Positions 16,401-18,283 of a stretch of 18,283 bases of DNA are shown in pieces. The stretch is from Candidatus Anstonellales archaeon (GTDB lineage: Archaea > Micrarchaeota > Micrarchaeia > Anstonellales > J096): NCBI GenBank assembly GCA_038740615.1, contig JAVYLQ010000010.1:1-18283 (forward strand), read 5' to 3'. Both the position numbers and the translations under genes were made by a program. Numbering within the stretch: position 1 is the first letter of the stretch; every line of letters begins with the position of its first letter. The notes under the pieces were generated by a model, which did not search any database, had not been told where the DNA came from, and saw nothing but the letters and a program-made list of their open reading frames with translations.

Positions 16401-17646
16401 TCATTCCTCTCGATGCCCTGAATGGATAGAATATATATGACATGACTGGAACGTTGACCATATGAGCAACACCCTTAAGAATTGGGTATCTGCTTAGCTT
16501 ATCCTTCCATACCTGAACGAACTCTGCAAGCTTATCTAAAGGCTCTTCTCTAGTTTTCTTTGCTACAGCAGCAGCTATCAACTGACCCACAGCAAAATTA
16601 ACATAATATGTAATTGTCTGAGCATGTCTAGGAGCTAATCCATTTGCTTCCAGTTCCTTGACGAATTCCCTGTAGCTCTGTTCAAACTTAGATCTTGTAG
16701 TAGTCTCAGTAAGACGTTCTATTAATTCGAAATTACCCAAATATGGCTGAATGTTTCGATTGTATGCATTCAGAAATGCCTGAAATATATGCTCCTGATT
16801 GGGTTTGACGTAATAAACTCCACTATCATTCATTCTAGTAACTAGACCCAATTGCTGTGCCAACATCAGCTGAACTGCATTCAAATTCCAAGATCCACTC
16901 CCAGTTATACTTCTCACTTCTATATTGGTAGCTATTAGAGCTTCAGCACTATCACTCTTACTAATATCACCTATTGCTGGAGCGTAATTAATACTACCTG
17001 GCTTGTGTGATAGTACTACTTTAGGTGTTGGTAATCTAGGATATAATAGATCAAAAATGCCTGCAAACATTCCCATTCCTCTAGCATACATAGCAGCACC
17101 GAATATTCCTAAGAATAATATCATCATGATTATGGAATCAACTCCTGCTCTATCGATCCTGTCCTTTATCAATTCCCCTAGGTTCACTCCCAAAGGTGTA
17201 GTATAGGACATCACTTCAAGCTGACCTTTAGAATTCTTGAATACTGCTATTCTGATTCGATCAGTAGTGACAAAATCTATATCACCCCCTTTAATAGTAT
17301 ACTCAATTATATAATTTCCTTCATTTATATTCAATGGACATCTGTGATTGGGTTGTAGATCTCTGCATATAATTCTTTCAGAAACCCCACCAGCTCTCTG
17401 GAAATGAACTATCTTAACAACAGCTCTTGCATTCTTATCATAAATTCTTGCTATCTGATCAACATTGATCACTATTATTCTACCAGGATCAATCTTATCA
17501 TGTTGAGGAACTTCAGCATAAACATCATATTCGAAATATATATTAGAACCATCTGAAGAGATAGTTGTAGGGGAGAGAATTCTAGTTAGTGTTGAGGTAT
17601 CAGATGAATAGGATAGGAGTATGATAAGAACTAAAACATATTTCAT
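10441..17646 (-). CDS. Giant (2401 aa) hypothetical membrane protein
   Basis: Uninterrupted 7.2-kb ORF. It has a signal-peptide-like start (MKYVLVLIILLSYS), a beta-rich domain of about 150 aa, a TM helix at aa ~171-188, then about 2200 aa of mostly helical-looking sequence with further hydrophobic segments. No known domain recognised. Confidence 0.85.
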   Translation of the reverse strand: MKYVLVLIILLSYSSDTSTLTRILSPTTISSDGSNIYFEYDVYAEVPQHDKIDPGRIIVINVDQIARIYDKNARAVVKIVHFQRAGGVSERIICRDLQPNHRCPLNINEGNYIIEYTIKGGDIDFVTTDRIRIAVFKNSKGQLEVMSYTTPLGVNLGELIKDRIDRAGVDSIIMMILFLGIFGAAMYARGMGMFAGIFDLLYPRLPTPKVVLSHKPGSINYAPAIGDISKSDSAEALIATNIEVRSITGSGSWNLNAVQLMLAQQLGLVTRMNDSGVYYVKPNQEHIFQAFLNAYNRNIQPYLGNFELIERLTETTTRSKFEQSYREFVKELEANGLAPRHAQTITYYVNFAVGQLIAAAVAKKTREEPLDKLAEFVQVWKDKLSRYPILKGVAHMVNVPVMSYIFYPFRASRGMISFALSFVYPFKLIKYTRDPLRQIRDEEIVERVEEKIKEADESIKQLADKNVASAISGAFGIKLSERGINIINNIVKVIPNWMYDAMIFPVVAALVVGPAASVRTSFYRTIRYYHTPAFHKELIKVTPDNVAEAFVVSLQTASRNLSTIILINYLSKRYPDLVNDIRKLIEHTDLHLDINKIRQISSRLDNLKEDQELNRLLQELYAIQKLEIIAMKEKDYSIYVINDPVERAIFERYKDLLRRYVDSSENIIQGIERLEEFFTRVKMSDGEERLANIDLLRPEFRDKIDSSMIGEYLALSEDLNNLQFASIYKPIGSQQEQSVAIFNDASDGLIALVVANMLEMYRSSVIKSELRSNEQISYEYMPGVREGFDITMLKILGKENVTVENHHYLRMLYTGDISESVAIARQEGIREEIIDDAVRRTVIDAILDNVDSDSIREAVIRWDGGKVNTEVGSYIRNYLSTNLSHNADTLIAESSRIISDVVVMNELYSKLNEHLSEREIVELMDNYVRSRNVENIRDELKNRGLAESIINGVIEAIQIRIRANYDLNSTWNWMDMKNSTDEFQLTHLVKSNSTIRSEFVQNIWDNNQATEASRAAVRVGVEDNYERQRLFTETIRRLSSHDLISPVNQMSDTELFRALSDPERASDIFHSTSNLTYLSGDYKELLFAIGMDSIKSEIYQTQDIWYIANRKELIEAAKSIAEFNREMATEAGIVSSLRRNERMAGLKIKEIPIIYAVKKNNMMAAERVGEAIRYLAANKGVYQNSPEGAKAEWFQQEIEKQLLQTSTLMQNSIYSKRHLAHTLGAFMVAAGYLNLHNAVIQRKPGPDTNYQTVKNSVDPGDLNVGVVNRLLFGHEKSRVVDIDPNTRVFSKQRIYGMGGHTVWLPEVFNDIDTIIADDELVLRPKSFGQMSRTRAINKSLFRAIGRSKLTDEQLEGVVEKMQQAVSKIPSSSFEAPAGSSVHIVDAIDGRFVHLDQDPGDYGSRYIGKMRATAFWLSKDFVDLSVQYVGDPILALNAFYTGLGLSPKMSKSDMMLALHTAMYDFVRLVMYKRSAEYRNEIIDSIHQYLSNNGVNISRSQLESLLNDSLAEKRIYHRLNENINELAQILPALQHISQSHSNPHIRFMAYVMLDEFNTRIGVIQYLKQQFPNINSIKESEVSIYVKNYRLIEQMFMNNKMNQISNHIPIYLDALAIIDSVSNDKRVLGITGLIGAMNLDNYSVRNLIQRGMVLDTGSNVGHRIREIVNSMNNRLWEGLVPRGEIGFNLRDRLIATWKDLTALVLINKTLAATEYANMYFVNVEHFGHAAAMIQHGYPIVNRMFELAERALVENIIELMDQYRALNPDNPEHIARRTYLEEAIIEAFEELNEFETAYLSYKRGYYMNAWALVVRSPKGVWAGISEYRGADISATFYAGSGLFWPYYIAIMYRVLDQPSILANDGGIRSRRLTEGVYTNLLPQYDPTLADLIRMNNIMRLHVANYFANRSGYDDIPNIVRLFLLDQTPNYSGLGWMGRLNMVLGFPLHLVAKSFLQPLTPAFVRDIVAHNYMISMFSRLQYFSRLYRGLNKSFSTTSTIDTPQLSTSYINRLSQMLNDPNFSPISKFTSAKQFNRYPVSDLPYAHVWAYLPLPFSPNMYSHWYPISFYATIIGMGTVGLPFGYIVDNLERIFGPHIIPNLQNWLDYRASKIRATEGLLISDWEEKLLTYRPSHMFHHWLSPFVGTYYDLPGYGHIDQSSGNIVMNTLNERILLNKDVFTDRYNMNQRRWSRYFGYYEERTYYSTELPSYSLPFMMFPMLYVVSPITLLLKTIPTSPSTAPIKALIEEYILPYSSISGALNLTRKSLAYMFKPLLPPTEFRALAGDMIGESQRSITPWNIISENAQYRNQIIAATGYSLTPESVPTATTKFIEQSAKYRGIDRYRRIEGDGQSESEQVLVGIIKAEMMFTPATGRDIIMNNRNRQLFRQRIKEVNRIRLSGSSRGR

Positions 17647-17665
17647 AATTTATTTTTGGAAAAAC

Positions 17666-17677
17666 TTTATTTAAATA
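17666..17677. promoter_or_regulatory. Probable bidirectional TATA element shared by the giant gene (-) and the HemK-like gene (+)
   Basis: TTTATTTAAATA contains the palindrome TATTTAAATA (17668-17677). The + strand box ends 20 nt before ATG 17694 and has a BRE-like GGAAAAAC upstream. The - strand box TTTAAATA ends 21 nt before ATG 17646. Confidence 0.6.
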
Positions 17678-17693
17678 TGATATATGATCAAAC

Positions 17694-18203
17694 ATGATAT
17701 ATTTGCCTGATGAAGATTCTATTTTTCTTCTCGATACAATAATAGATATCCCTGCTAGATCAATGTTGGATATGGGGACTGGGACAGGTTATGTAGCTAT
17801 AAATTACAAGCGAGCCCATCCAGATTCTAGAGTTGTAGGTGCAGATATATCATCGGAGGCAATAGAATTAGCTCGTGCAAATGCTAAAAGAGAGGGATTG
17901 GATATTGAGTTTGTTGTTTCAGATCTATTCAGTAATATACATGAGAAATACCAGATGATAGTTTTCAATGCCCCCTATATTCCCGATGATGGTATGAATT
18001 ATGATATAACAGTAATTGATAGAGGAGTAGTAAAGAGGTTTATGATCGATGTAAAGAATTACCTAATACCAGGAGGGATTGCATTCTTATTAGTTAATAA
18101 CTTAACTGAGATAGTTAATGATGGTTCTTGGGAATTGTATAGAGTTAAACACATGTTTTTTGAAGAACTAAGAATTTACAAATACCATCAATTAAATTTT
18201 TAA
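17694..18203 (+). CDS. hemK: HemK2/Mtq2-like SAM-dependent methyltransferase (putative aRF1 glutamine N5-methyltransferase)
   Basis: IYLPDEDSIFL (cf. VYxPxEDSxLL), motif I LDMGTGTG, VGADIS, SDLF, FNAPY (NPPY variant), LIPGG and C-terminal FFEEL. Confidence 0.85.
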   Translation: MIYLPDEDSIFLLDTIIDIPARSMLDMGTGTGYVAINYKRAHPDSRVVGADISSEAIELARANAKREGLDIEFVVSDLFSNIHEKYQMIVFNAPYIPDDGMNYDITVIDRGVVKRFMIDVKNYLIPGGIAFLLVNNLTEIVNDGSWELYRVKHMFFEELRIYKYHQLNF

Positions 18204-18206
18204 ACA
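18199..18206 (+). promoter_or_regulatory. Putative TATA box (TTTAAACA) overlapping the hemK stop, for the ORF at 18227
   Basis: Ends 20 nt before ATG 18227. Confidence 0.5.
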
Positions 18207-18226
18207 TATTCAAACATTAATTATAT

Positions 18227-18283
18227 ATGCAAGTGCAATTAGAAGAAGAAAAGATAGACATGAAAACAGAACCAACAATACCA
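18227..18283 (+). CDS. 5' end of a gene truncated by the window edge (MQVQLEEEKIDMKTEPTIP...)
   Basis: Open frame from an ATG to the window end, with a TATA box at the window-typical spacing. Too short to assign. Confidence 0.55.
   Translation, partial: MQVQLEEEKIDMKTEPTIP

Noticed and set aside
10400..17206. Seven short plus-strand ORFs (61-117 aa)
   Set aside because: All lie antisense to the giant gene (one also touches the pilin-like gene start), with no promoter pattern or protein-like features.
7864..17646. Integrated element or island at tRNA-Ser
   Set aside because: I saw no integrase and no duplicate of the tRNA 3' end in the window. Codon style and promoter grammar match the housekeeping genes.
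10441..17646. Giant protein as a phage tape-measure protein or RNA polymerase
   Set aside because: I saw no periodic Trp/Phe repeats, no DxDGD motif and no phage genes nearby, and the protein has a signal peptide.
1..18283. Visually frequent AGATCT, TCTAGA, GATC and CTAG words
   Set aside because: They are plausibly explained by AGA/GAT/CTA/TCT codon preference, and I cannot establish enrichment without a Markov-model count.

Overview
An AT-rich, very gene-dense archaeal window. The gene set, compact proteins and AGA-rich codons suggest a DPANN-type archaeon, perhaps Micrarchaeota-like; this is inference only. The left part holds a short RFC large subunit, two hypothetical genes and isoleucyl-tRNA synthetase on the + strand. 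These converge on an RsmB/NOP2 m5C RNA methyltransferase, an SppA peptidase and a protein with four helix-turn-helix-like repeats. A tRNA-Ser(UGA) lies at 7864-7947. A minus-strand block of about 9.7 kb follows: a 2401-aa membrane protein of unknown function, a class III signal peptide (pilin-like) protein and two paralogous DUF4139-like proteins. This block is the best candidate for an undescribed cell-surface or cell-contact system. A HemK2-type methyltransferase and a truncated ORF end the window. Most genes have a TTTAAA-type TATA box ending about 19-21 nt before the start codon, which implies leaderless mRNAs; two of these boxes appear bidirectional. I saw no integrase, transposase, CRISPR array or rRNA.
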